Source: a virus
Lineage: Duplodnaviria > Caudoviricetes
Length of the DNA stretch: 62,563 nt
Reading direction: 5' to 3' (one strand)
Virus record (IMG/VR): IMGVR_UViG_3300005613_000063
Coordinates: 1 to 62,563 of that record
Made by a program: the position numbers and the translations under genes. This document shows, piece by piece, positions 1-8,738 of the stretch (within the stretch, counting starts at the first letter, position 1; every line of letters starts with the position of its first letter). Below the pieces are notes generated by a model. The model was not told where the DNA came from. It was given only the letters and a program-made list of their open reading frames with translations, and ran no database searches.

Positions 1-1416
1 GCGAGCAGCGAGGCGATGCGGATCTGCATTTGGGTTTGCCATCTCCTCGATTAGTTCTCTTACACCCGCACGACAAGCCATGATGCGCAGTTCGAGCTGG
101 TCTTTATCAGAGCCAATCATCACGCGGCCAGGTGGCGCTTCAAAGATTACCCGCCAGAGTAGGGCTACATTTTGTACATTAGGAGAGGAACTCCAACGGC
201 TACCTTTTTGTCCGGTGGGATTCCACTTAACATGCATGCGATTATCATTATAGATAGCTCTGGCATAGGCTCCAGGCTTTCCTTTGGGATCGAACGCATA
301 GTCCCCGGCATCCTTGAACATAGTGGAGTAGGCCATTCTGTCCTCGACATATTCAACGAACATACGTACGAATGGTTGCTCGAGGTGGTCAATGATTGCT
401 TTGTAGCTGGTGCTTGGCTCTTGTTCAATGGGCGTAAACTTAGTTGGTTGCAAGCCCAAACAATTGTGGTTGTTGGTGCCTGGTTTATCATACAGAACAT
501 GCCTTGTGTGCAGCGGTTTCTTTGGATTGTACTCCTGCCAATTTAGATATTCACGCATGCCATGGAGATTGCGTGCTATCTTTTCTTTAAGATTCTCCCC
601 GAGCTGTTTGCGTAAAGCTAAATTGATAGGGATGCCATAAATTTCAGCTCGAGCAGCAAGCTGTTGTCCTGCCATTTGATACTGTTCTAGCAGTGGCGTG
701 ACGCCTCTTGCGTATGCTTCCTTTCGCATAGGATGCAGCAGTTTGCCTGTGTTTAATGCATCTTTCCCATTGTAAACCAATAATTCTAGGATATCTGTAG
801 TCTGTGCCTGCTTGCGACCTTCGTGGTTCAGTTTCCATGGTTCGACATCCAACCATTGGTGGCCTATCCAACCCAAATCTTTTGGGTTATCAGGTTGGAT
901 GAGATGCGCATACGCTTGTGAATCAAGCATTGGTCCGTATATTTTATAGCCATGTTGCATGAGCACGGCATAGTCGAAAGGTCCGTTGTGGTATATTTTT
1001 GGAACAGATTCATCAGCCAACAAGCGCCGTAGCATTGCTACCAGTGGAGTTTCAACTTCCCATGGTAATGTATGCAAATCCTCCAACGTAAATGTTACGG
1101 CTGTGTTATAACCATCGACACCTGAGATAGCGATGGACCAAAGCTTGCAAGCCATAAATTCGACTGAGCTTGTTTCAACATCGACAGCGATAGTGCATTT
1201 GTTTTGTAGCCAGCGCTCCATCCAGGCTAGAGCTATTTGTAATGCACCATGCATTCCCAAGGGATTGGAAGGATGAACAACAACTATATTCTCTTCTTGA
1301 TTGGGGCCGAAATGTGCTACGCGCACAGCTTTCTGTAGATCTGCTATAACTACATCAGATAATTGAGCGCCGCGTAGAATGTGGGCGGGATGCAATGTTG
1401 GAATTACGTAAGCCAT
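1..1416 (-). CDS. polA: Family A DNA polymerase (3'-5' exonuclease plus polymerase; partial, runs off window) carrying the C-terminal piece of a family-4 UDG at its N-terminus
   Basis: Not in the ORF track; translated manually from ATG 1416. Starts MAYVIPTLHPAHILRG (UDG motif B). ExoI IAVDVET, ExoII YHNGPFD, ExoIII YNGKDA, then GSRWSSSPNVQN and motif A IGSDKDQLELRIMA. Confidence 0.93.
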   Translation of the reverse strand, partial: MAYVIPTLHPAHILRGAQLSDVVIADLQKAVRVAHFGPNQEENIVVVHPSNPLGMHGALQIALAWMERWLQNKCTIAVDVETSSVEFMACKLWSIAISGVDGYNTAVTFTLEDLHTLPWEVETPLVAMLRRLLADESVPKIYHNGPFDYAVLMQHGYKIYGPMLDSQAYAHLIQPDNPKDLGWIGHQWLDVEPWKLNHEGRKQAQTTDILELLVYNGKDALNTGKLLHPMRKEAYARGVTPLLEQYQMAGQQLAARAEIYGIPINLALRKQLGENLKEKIARNLHGMREYLNWQEYNPKKPLHTRHVLYDKPGTNNHNCLGLQPTKFTPIEQEPSTSYKAIIDHLEQPFVRMFVEYVEDRMAYSTMFKDAGDYAFDPKGKPGAYARAIYNDNRMHVKWNPTGQKGSRWSSSPNVQNVALLWRVIFEAPPGRVMIGSDKDQLELRIMACRAGVRELIEEMANPNADPHRLAAR

Positions 1417-1632
1417 CTAGAAGAGCACATTCCTGTAATCTACACCGAGTTGCCTTGTTGTTTCGTCTGTCTCTTCTGCCTCTTCTTCAAAGGCATCCGC
1501 TAATATTATTTCCATCATTTCTGTTATGGTAATACCACGTCTCTTCGCTTCATCACTGACTAATTTATATGTTTCACCACGAACGGATGCTTGGGTCGCT
1601 TTAGGCCTTAAGCGCTTTTTTGTCTCTTTCAT
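1417..1632 (-). CDS. Small ribbon-helix-helix/CopG-like DNA-binding protein
   Basis: QASVRGETYKLVSDEAKRRGITITEMMEIILADAF fits the RHH pattern. Start placed at MKETKK (1632); the ORF track extends to 1782. Confidence 0.55.
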   Translation of the reverse strand: MKETKKRLRPKATQASVRGETYKLVSDEAKRRGITITEMMEIILADAFEEEAEETDETTRQLGVDYRNVLF

Positions 1633-1840
1633 TAGTCTTGCCTTCCAATCTTCGTATGACCGCCAGGCAAGCGGTATAGCTTGCGCAGGGTATAGGTCCG
1701 ATTGCAGGCATAGCAAATCTACCGTTGGCGTCAACGATTCTAATGTCCCAACGGTCAGTCGTACTATCGTGGTATGCGACATAGCGACCCTTCCTTTTGT
1801 CCCATCTATTGGGTATGATTTCGTTATAATCCAAGGGCAT
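1601..1840 (-). CDS. Hypothetical protein (79 aa)
   Basis: Overlaps both neighbours in operon fashion. Confidence 0.5.
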   Translation of the reverse strand: MPLDYNEIIPNRWDKRKGRYVAYHDSTTDRWDIRIVDANGRFAMPAIGPIPCASYTACLAVIRRLEGKTNERDKKALKA

Positions 1841-2372
1841 CCTTGTATAATTGTTCAGATAAGGCAGCCAAATCTACCTCCATGCGACTGCCTCTGTATG
1901 CGTAAATTCCTGCTTTATCTATTTGTGTTATTTGTTTTAGGGCGGTGCTACCTAATGGAATGCAAATGACAGGATCGACAACCCTAAGTTCATCAATCAG
2001 TCTGCGATAGCAGCAGGCTGCTGCCATTTTCTGCACGGTGTCTTTGGGTAAGATAGCGCCATTCTCCAGCTTTACTTTTTCTGCACGACATAGCCTTGCA
2101 TTTGTAACCCAGCACTCATCACGAGTAAAACCAGCAGCTGGTGCGAATGATTCCCAAAGTAATTGTCCCGATGGACCGACGAAGCCACGGCCTATACGTT
2201 CCTCCTTTCCGCCTGGCTCTTCTCCTATGAAGGCGTATTTCGCAGGCACAGGACCGTCGGGTAGCACTTTTCGTTTATATCTTAATGGGCATCTATCACA
2301 ATCAGGAGCTGTGGAAACGATGCCGTGATAATAGGAGCCTAATACTCTATTAGGTCTTAAGTTAATATCCAT
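1824..2372 (-). CDS. Family-4 uracil-DNA glycosylase (SPO1 polymerase-related), N-terminal part lacking motif B
   Basis: CxxCPL Fe-S cysteines, GEEPG motif A, GFVGPSG, TNARLCR and LGSTA. No HP motif before the stop. Confidence 0.9.
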   Translation of the reverse strand: MDINLRPNRVLGSYYHGIVSTAPDCDRCPLRYKRKVLPDGPVPAKYAFIGEEPGGKEERIGRGFVGPSGQLLWESFAPAAGFTRDECWVTNARLCRAEKVKLENGAILPKDTVQKMAAACCYRRLIDELRVVDPVICIPLGSTALKQITQIDKAGIYAYRGSRMEVDLAALSEQLYKDALGL

Positions 2373-2417
2373 GTAATATTTCTTTATCTCTTTTTAATTT
2401 ATCTAATATCCTGCTAG

Positions 2418-2561
2418 TGTTCCCCTTTGGACTTGAACCAAAGATCTTAATGAATTATATTGTTTATATTCTTTGCTATTAATTATCGCCTGTAAAATTT
2501 AAGCAGTTATTTTCCCTCAAAAAATAATCCATTACGTCTTATCCACTTAGACTAGAGAACA
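2418..2561 (-). tRNA. tRNA-like RNA with a ~65-nt insert in place of the anticodon loop; identity unassignable
   Basis: Acceptor TGTTCTC/GGGAACA; D arm GTCT-AAGTGGATA-AGAC; extended stem TAATGGATTA/TAATTCATTA; T arm CTTTGG-TTCAAGT-CCAAAG. Confidence 0.65.
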
Positions 2562-2563
2562 AA

Positions 2564-2687
2564 GCTAGGTTTCCATTGCTCGAGACCAGCTTGCCCCACC
2601 AGTTCTCGTTACATTTCCACCTAGCAATGGCTGGTCAAAGGAGACTACTGCATAATTGCAGTAGCCCTTGCCCTCCTCGACAAGCCA
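2564..2687 (-). ncRNA. Two long intergenic hairpins just upstream of the tRNA-like element
   Basis: Stems GCTAGGT/ACCTAGC (2564-2625) and TGGCT..GCTACTGCA-ATTA-TGCAGTAGT..AGCCA (2628-2687), with G-U pairs favouring the minus strand. Confidence 0.45.
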
Positions 2688-2694
2688 CATTTAT

Positions 2695-3549
2695 TTATGA
2701 TTGTGGCACCTGGTCAACCGGTGGGGGTGGTGCAGGAAGTCCAGCTACTGGAGCAGCCGCTGGTTGTGCAACTGCAGGAGGAGCAACTGGCATCGGAACT
2801 CCAGCAGTTGGAGGAGCGACACCAGGAGGTTGTTGAAATGCAGTGGGTGCAGCTGCAGGAGGTGCTGCCATTGGAGGTGGAGCAACTTGCTGCTGTGGTG
2901 CCACTGCTTGCTGCTGTGGTGCCACTGCTTGCTGCTGCATAGGTGCTTGTGCGACTGGTGCTACTGGCGCTGCTGGCTGAGGCTGTCCATAAGTAGCCGG
3001 ATAAGCCGCTGTAGGATTAAATGCATTTTGTGGTGGAGCAGCAACGGGCGGTGCAGCCATTGGAGGTGCTGCAGTTGGCAATGGATTAAGTAGAGAAGCA
3101 GGCGGTGCACCAGCTGGAGCTGCTGCTGGTTGACCTGCGATACCACCATGGGTCCAAGCTGCTAAAGGTCTCTCGCGATCTACATTAGTGTATTCATTCT
3201 TCATGGAGATGCGTGCCATATATTGCTTGCCCGTAAACCAGTCGGTGTCCAACTGGCCGCCAGATGCTGCAATCTGTTCTTGTGTTACACCTGCCGCCAA
3301 AGCAAATCGCATTAAGAAAGGGCGACTCTTTTCAGATAGGTAGTAACTGTGCGTCAATGGTTTATTCTGCATTTCCAAAGATGAATTCGGCCCCATGATG
3401 ATATTGGTTTTGATAACAAGGCGATTGCCTGTACCATCCTTTGTGGGTTCCATTTTAGCTTCTTTCACTGATAAAATGTATTCACCAGCCGGGTAGTTGA
3501 AATCGTCTGCAGGTGCTACGCCCGCCACATTAATTGGTAGGAATCCCAT
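2695..3549 (-). CDS. DUF669-like single-stranded DNA-binding protein with long Pro/Ala/Gln tail
   Basis: DFNYPAGEY..VKEAKMEPTKDGTG..L N-terminus typical of DUF669; sits directly after a Sak4-like ATPase. Confidence 0.7.
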   Translation of the reverse strand: MGFLPINVAGVAPADDFNYPAGEYILSVKEAKMEPTKDGTGNRLVIKTNIIMGPNSSLEMQNKPLTHSYYLSEKSRPFLMRFALAAGVTQEQIAASGGQLDTDWFTGKQYMARISMKNEYTNVDRERPLAAWTHGGIAGQPAAAPAGAPPASLLNPLPTAAPPMAAPPVAAPPQNAFNPTAAYPATYGQPQPAAPVAPVAQAPMQQQAVAPQQQAVAPQQQVAPPPMAAPPAAAPTAFQQPPGVAPPTAGVPMPVAPPAVAQPAAAPVAGLPAPPPPVDQVPQS

Positions 3550-3576
3550 TTAGTTCTCCTTTAAAATTGTTGGGTT

Positions 3577-4419
3577 CTACTTGTAAATAAATTGTCCGAT
3601 TCGAGAGTCCATCGCCCTGAATGTGGGCCAACTACCGAATTCTGGATCAACTAAATGACCTTCTGGAAAAAGATCACCATATTTGTGTCTAACGTCTTTC
3701 GCTTGTAATGTTGGGTCCGTTCTAAATATAGGTCGTGAAACCATCTTACCAGTGGCGTCTGGTACTAATTGCTTATCTGCGTAAATAATGAATTTGCACA
3801 TGGCAGGTAGCTTGATACTTGCAGTTCCTTGCATGGCAGGGGCTACACCCTCTAGAAAAGTCTCACCTTGTTTATCTGGTCTGGACCATTTTTCTTTTTG
3901 TAACGATATCCAAATCACATTTAAGTTAGTTTCATGCAGCCGTTGTGCTAATTCTTTACAGAGATGTGCCTCCAGGAAACCCCAATCTCTTTGTTGCATT
4001 TGAGGCGGCATATTTTTATTTTGATATACATTAATTACTTCTCTTATATATATGTCCATATAAAAAGTGGTTGAGTCTATAACGACAGTTTTCCAACCAT
4101 ATTGTTTATATGTTCTGCATATGTATTCTACTTTGTCCTTCATCTTTTTAGTTGAATCAATATGATAAATAGGGGGCGTCTCTACCCCATAGAGTCTAGG
4201 TAGAAGCGCCAGTGAGTCATCACCACCCTCTTGCCCTGCTGATAGAAATATAGGCTGAGGCCATGTGCCAGCCCATGTAGTTTTTATGGTACCTACACCT
4301 CCGAACAAGAATACTGTAACGCCGTGCTGTGGGGCGCTCTGTCCTGGTATAATCAAATCTGAATCCCATATTTGTGGTTGAGGCGCTGCTGGTTGTGGTG
4401 CTGGTGCTGTGGCTGTCAT
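3577..4419 (-). CDS. AAA_24/Sak4-like ATPase (ssDNA annealing)
   Basis: FGGVGTIKTT P-loop, TVVIDS Walker B, RDWG, NVIWI and AKDVR motifs. Confidence 0.8.
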   Translation of the reverse strand: MTATAPAPQPAAPQPQIWDSDLIIPGQSAPQHGVTVFLFGGVGTIKTTWAGTWPQPIFLSAGQEGGDDSLALLPRLYGVETPPIYHIDSTKKMKDKVEYICRTYKQYGWKTVVIDSTTFYMDIYIREVINVYQNKNMPPQMQQRDWGFLEAHLCKELAQRLHETNLNVIWISLQKEKWSRPDKQGETFLEGVAPAMQGTASIKLPAMCKFIIYADKQLVPDATGKMVSRPIFRTDPTLQAKDVRHKYGDLFPEGHLVDPEFGSWPTFRAMDSRIGQFIYK

Positions 4420-4421
4420 AT

Positions 4422-4649
4422 TTATCCTTTATCAGCTTTTATATCTTTATTTAATATGCCTTTTATTTCATAGAAACCTTGTGGTGTCCCTATAAAAAAT
4501 ATAGGTATTTCATCTATGTTTTTATTTTGCTTTATGTGTTCTTTTATTTGTGTATTTAATGCATCTTCTATAACTTCTAGGGCGACGCACATTTTATTTA
4601 AATTATCTGCTTCTGTATCGGTTATTGCAGTCTCTATATATTCGACCAT
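4422..4649 (-). CDS. Hypothetical protein
   Basis: Tightly coupled ORF within the operon. Confidence 0.6.
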   Translation of the reverse strand: MVEYIETAITDTEADNLNKMCVALEVIEDALNTQIKEHIKQNKNIDEIPIFFIGTPQGFYEIKGILNKDIKADKG

Positions 4650-6487
4650 CAGACATCGTCCTCCGCTAACAAAGCACAGATTTGCTCTAAAGATTCTTTA
4701 GATGTAGCTGCAGGCGCCGTAGATAATTCGGCAACTAGTTTAGAAGACGGATCCCCTGTTTTTAAATTAGCAGTAGCAGCAGCCTTATCAATTAAATGCT
4801 TTATGAATAAATCATCTAATGTATTTCTAACCACCATATAAATAGATTCAACATCTTCATATAATGAACCATCTCTATGTATTCTAGATTCTGCTTGTGT
4901 TAATGTCGCTGGGTTCCAATGCAAGTCTACAAAAAGGACAGCGGAGGCCGCAGATAACTCATTAATTGAGATGCCTGCAGCCCCCAGGGTCGCCACGTAG
5001 ATACCATAACTGTCCTCGGAGAACTGTACGGCAAGCTTCTGCCGTTTAGGCTGCGTCATTGAACCATCAACAGGTCCATAGATTGTAGGCAAGCGAGGAT
5101 AATTCGCATCCCGATGTTTGCCTTCAGTCAGTAGTTTTAATTCTTCTACTATGTATTTAGCTGTTGCTCTTCTCCAGGTAAAAACAACAATGCGATCATG
5201 CTCCGCAGATATAGTTAATAATTCATCTATAACTTTATGTGATTTTAATGTGGATAAAATATCCATCATTTTAGATATAGCTCTGAGCCTTAAAGCCTTT
5301 GGTGCATTATCTTTTTTAGATACTTTTATTGTCTGCCCTTGAAACTCCACAGTGGTGGCACCTTCTACTAATTCACCTGTCTTTTTTAGGTATGACTTTA
5401 TATTATTAGAGGCCTCTATATATTCGGAGAGTTCTTCATTGGTGAAGTCTAGTTCAATAACTCTACGTGTTAATTTTGGTAAGGCACCAGAGACCTCATA
5501 TCTATTATACCAAAGTAAAGTGCCTGCTAATCGGCTACGCAACTCTATATTATTTGTGTCTTCATCATATATAAAGTGTGTACGTTCTGATTCTTCATTG
5601 CCTGCAGCAATCTCACGATGTCCATTGCAGTATCTACAGCCAAATGTGAATGCCTTGTCACTCCATTGTCTAGGTTGTACGCAGCGTAAGGTGTTCCACA
5701 AGTCCATTCTATATTTTGGAATCGGTGTTCCGGTAAGACCCAGCCTTCTTTTAATTGTGTGCCACCTAGATAATTTGGCAGCCTCCTCACTTCTGTTAGC
5801 AGTGACATGCATCAACAGGTGAATCTCATCAAAGATAATCCAAGCCGGTTTCAGCACAGTTGTAATCCATGCAGACCAGGCGGACAGTATGTCGTAATTG
5901 ATATAGATGTGGCGATGCTCCAAAAGATCTTCTAGTCGTGGGTCTTTCTTGCCCCTCACTTTAAATATATTCATATCAAAATATAAAGTGGGGTCGGATG
6001 TTTCACCACACCAGGCAGCGGCTGCACTCAGCGGACCGCAGATAATTCCAGGCTGTTGCAGCAAGCCATCTAAATAAAAGGCCTGCAAAGCCATTGTTAC
6101 CTTGCCTAAACCCATGTCAGCCCCTAAAATCAAACCTTCTCTTTGGGGTGTGCACTGTCGAATAAAGGACACAGACCTTCTTTGATGCAAGCGGAGCGTA
6201 CGACCGCCAAATGGCGTGACCTCGTGCGGGTCTGGAGGATAGCCATCAATCAATCCTGGATACCTGCCAGCATCTACAAGCGATTGCGGTATATAAAAAC
6301 CTTGTGGTATTTTCTTTTTTGGATTCCCTCTGTACGAATAGCGTCCAGGCATCTGCTGAAGGAGCTTGGCCTGCTCTTCATTCGATACTTCCAAGACGTG
6401 AACCAGGCCTGGCCATGCCGTGGGCGAGCTCAAGATGCATCCAGAGAGAACATCGGAACTCAAACTGCTTTGAAGCTCAATTGTCAT
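4649..6487 (-). CDS. SNF2-like SF2 helicase
   Basis: ADMGLGK, INYDIL, FDEIH, LTGTP, VVFT, GISINEL, WNPATLTQAESRIHR. Start moved to ATG 6487; the track's TTG 6526 is part of a TTGACA. Confidence 0.9.
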   Translation of the reverse strand: MTIELQSSLSSDVLSGCILSSPTAWPGLVHVLEVSNEEQAKLLQQMPGRYSYRGNPKKKIPQGFYIPQSLVDAGRYPGLIDGYPPDPHEVTPFGGRTLRLHQRRSVSFIRQCTPQREGLILGADMGLGKVTMALQAFYLDGLLQQPGIICGPLSAAAAWCGETSDPTLYFDMNIFKVRGKKDPRLEDLLEHRHIYINYDILSAWSAWITTVLKPAWIIFDEIHLLMHVTANRSEEAAKLSRWHTIKRRLGLTGTPIPKYRMDLWNTLRCVQPRQWSDKAFTFGCRYCNGHREIAAGNEESERTHFIYDEDTNNIELRSRLAGTLLWYNRYEVSGALPKLTRRVIELDFTNEELSEYIEASNNIKSYLKKTGELVEGATTVEFQGQTIKVSKKDNAPKALRLRAISKMMDILSTLKSHKVIDELLTISAEHDRIVVFTWRRATAKYIVEELKLLTEGKHRDANYPRLPTIYGPVDGSMTQPKRQKLAVQFSEDSYGIYVATLGAAGISINELSAASAVLFVDLHWNPATLTQAESRIHRDGSLYEDVESIYMVVRNTLDDLFIKHLIDKAAATANLKTGDPSSKLVAELSTAPAATSKESLEQICALLAEDDV

Positions 6488-6712
6488 GATATTTACTTTC
6501 CTATATTGATGAAATAAATGTGTCAAGAGTTAATCGATAAGTGTAAGTAACCTCTATGTATTTTTTTCTGTGTATCATTTAATGAGCAGAAAAGCTACAA
6601 TATATGTGCATGTGCGTAAAAAATTAAAGCAATGATTATATATGTTTGCAACGACGATATTGACGACCTTTGTGCGTAAGTTGTACTCATAAATAAATTT
6701 TCAAAAAATTTA

Positions 6713-7945
6713 ATGAGGATTTTAATGGCGGGCACAAATCACAAGCTCTACAGAATAGAAGATTTGCTCAGTCTCCAAGACGATGGGCGTCACTGGTTGG
6801 TCAAGAATATGCTTCCCAGAATTGGGCGGACGATTGTTTATGGGCATGGAGGCACTTACAAAACAACTATATTATTTGATTTAGCCATTGGCATTGCATC
6901 TGGCGGTGCGTTGCTTAGGCAATTTCCGATTGAGGAGCAAGGTCCTGTATTGATCGTATCGACGGAGAGTTCTAAATACGCAAACAGGGATAGAATACTT
7001 ACACACATTCGTGCAAGAGAAACGCAATCTCCTGAGCTTTTGCTTAGGGGCGGTCGGCCACCTATGCCAAATACAGAAGAGATGCCTATTTATTTTGGGC
7101 ACAAGGCTTTTGAGTTCGATGATATTAGAGAGCAAGAGGCCTTTAAAGAGCAATTAGAGATGATCAAGAAGGATACAGGCCGTTACCCTGTCTTCATTCT
7201 ACTCGACCCATTGGATAGTTTCATAGACGGGGACGAGAACTCTGCCAAGGAAACAAAACCATTCCGCAGGTTCTGCGATTCTGTTGTAGATGATTATGAG
7301 ACAAGTCTCTGCGTCATTCACCACTCGACAAAGAATCAAGAGAATCCATCAATACGTGGTTCAGGTGCTTGGCGTGGCTGGACAGACACAGCTCTGTTCT
7401 TTAAAAAGCAACGAGTCATTTATAATATGATGCAACTTCAATATGTGGATGTTGATTCTGATAAACAGAGGGATGGATCGGAGGGCAGGATATTTTCTGT
7501 GATACCAGAGTTCGACGCTGTTAGAAAGATGACGACGTTCACCTGCATGCAAGAAGGCATAGATCCAGATGTCTTGATGCAGAATGCAATACAACAACAG
7601 GTGCTGCAGCTCATTAGGAACTATGCACCTATTACGCAGAAAGAAATAATCAGCCTTACCCAAAGTACGCATAAGAGAATACGGGAGGCATTAGATGCAT
7701 TAAATGCTGATGGTGTTGTTGCGCAAGATGTTTCTGTCGAGAGGTCGACAAGTGCAGATGGTTCTAGGGCTAGAACAGTCCCAGCGTGGAGAGCAACAAC
7801 AAAAATTAGTCAAGTGGATGCAGCTGCTGCACTATTACAAGCTAAGAAGCGGAATGAAGAAGCAGATGAAGAAGGGTATAACGTGCAAGTAATCGGGCCG
7901 GTTCCGCTCGAAAGGCGTCATGCTATCCAAGAGATCTTTAATTGA
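6713..7945 (+). CDS. AAA_25/RepA-like replicative helicase with C-terminal winged helix
   Basis: WLVKNMLP, GHGGTYKTT, VSTE, LLDPL, DENS, IHHSTK, IRGSGAW, KQRDG. Confidence 0.85.
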   Translation: MRILMAGTNHKLYRIEDLLSLQDDGRHWLVKNMLPRIGRTIVYGHGGTYKTTILFDLAIGIASGGALLRQFPIEEQGPVLIVSTESSKYANRDRILTHIRARETQSPELLLRGGRPPMPNTEEMPIYFGHKAFEFDDIREQEAFKEQLEMIKKDTGRYPVFILLDPLDSFIDGDENSAKETKPFRRFCDSVVDDYETSLCVIHHSTKNQENPSIRGSGAWRGWTDTALFFKKQRVIYNMMQLQYVDVDSDKQRDGSEGRIFSVIPEFDAVRKMTTFTCMQEGIDPDVLMQNAIQQQVLQLIRNYAPITQKEIISLTQSTHKRIREALDALNADGVVAQDVSVERSTSADGSRARTVPAWRATTKISQVDAAAALLQAKKRNEEADEEGYNVQVIGPVPLERRHAIQEIFN

Positions 7946-8159
7946 TTTAGTCCTCCTCAGCTACTCCGATGATTTAGCATTCAAGCGATACGTGGATAGA
8001 ACCATAAATGATATCAAGGTGTATCATCCTGAATACTCCACCATGTCCTTTTTGGCTCTGCTAGATTTCATTTATGTAAATGATTCAGATAATTTAGCTA
8101 AAAGGCTTCTGGATAATTACGAGACGTTGAAGGGTAAAGAACCGTATTCAGTCAGTTGA
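7920..8159 (+). CDS. Hypothetical protein
   Basis: Overlaps the end of the helicase gene. Confidence 0.55.
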   Translation: MLSKRSLIDLVLLSYSDDLAFKRYVDRTINDIKVYHPEYSTMSFLALLDFIYVNDSDNLAKRLLDNYETLKGKEPYSVS

Positions 8160-8627
8160 TATGAGTTTCACAGTCAATACGCAAGGCAGGCTGTTGAGAC
8201 ATGCTTGGGCATCTTCATCCAATGTGAACTCTCGTAATAGTTTTATCCTCCTCTGAGAGAAGCCTTGTAACACGAGCCATTTATTGGCCACTTCATCGCT
8301 TTTTACTATTTGAAATAGTGCTTGTACAAGGCAACTTCTTGCTTGATAAATCTTATTAGCAGGCCGTGTGCCAGAAGTGTTTAAGACACGTTGAGGATAC
8401 ACTCTTAGTATAGAGCAAACGATCAAGACCAGCTGCTCCCAAACTCGCATGCTGAAGTCAAATGGGACAGGAACAAGGCCTGCAGTTGGATGATGAATGC
8501 AGGCTCCATGCTCAGTGGCTTGCCTGATATTATCATATGGCAATATAGTTTCATTGTCACCTTGAAGCTGCGCTAGTAAATCTGCGCAGTCATCTTGGAG
8601 TGATGTTTCGTTTTTGTTACAATTCAT
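8148..8627 (-). CDS. Hypothetical protein
   Basis: 159-aa ORF with no recognisable motif. Confidence 0.55.
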   Translation of the reverse strand: MNCNKNETSLQDDCADLLAQLQGDNETILPYDNIRQATEHGACIHHPTAGLVPVPFDFSMRVWEQLVLIVCSILRVYPQRVLNTSGTRPANKIYQARSCLVQALFQIVKSDEVANKWLVLQGFSQRRIKLLREFTLDEDAQACLNSLPCVLTVKLISTD

Positions 8628-8648
8628 TCTATATATCCTATAGTATAG

Positions 8649-8719
8649 GGTGAATTATAAGAATTGTAAGAGTTGTCCACAGGAAAACAGATACAATTCC
8701 AGTACGTTGTTATAATTAT
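8649..8719 (+). repeat. 71-bp element, copy 1 of an inverted pair, with DnaA-box-like TTGTCCACA at 8673-8681
   Basis: GGTGAATTATAAGAATTGTAAGA-n-TTRTCCACAG...AATT-n-CAGTACGTTGTTATAATTAT matches the reverse complement of 14885-14955. Confidence 0.9.
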
Positions 8720-8738
8720 GAGCTGGTATATCTAGCTA

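Noticed and set aside
165-871. Short ORF-track entries in the first 900 nt
   Set aside because: They are shadows of the polymerase frame, which the track missed because it runs off the window edge.
1417-1870. Group I/II intron or split intein explaining the UDG break
   Set aside because: No recognisable intron core or intein terminal motifs; the gap is filled by two coupled ORFs.
2418-2561. tmRNA or ochre suppressor tRNA
   Set aside because: It has a full D stem, is too short and lacks a tag ORF. A TTA triplet is present but without the U33 loop context.
2887-2935. 21-bp tandem repeat in the SSB tail (also AGC/AAT runs near 17050 and KASK repeats near 53550)
   Set aside because: Ordinary in-frame slippage within low-complexity coding sequence.
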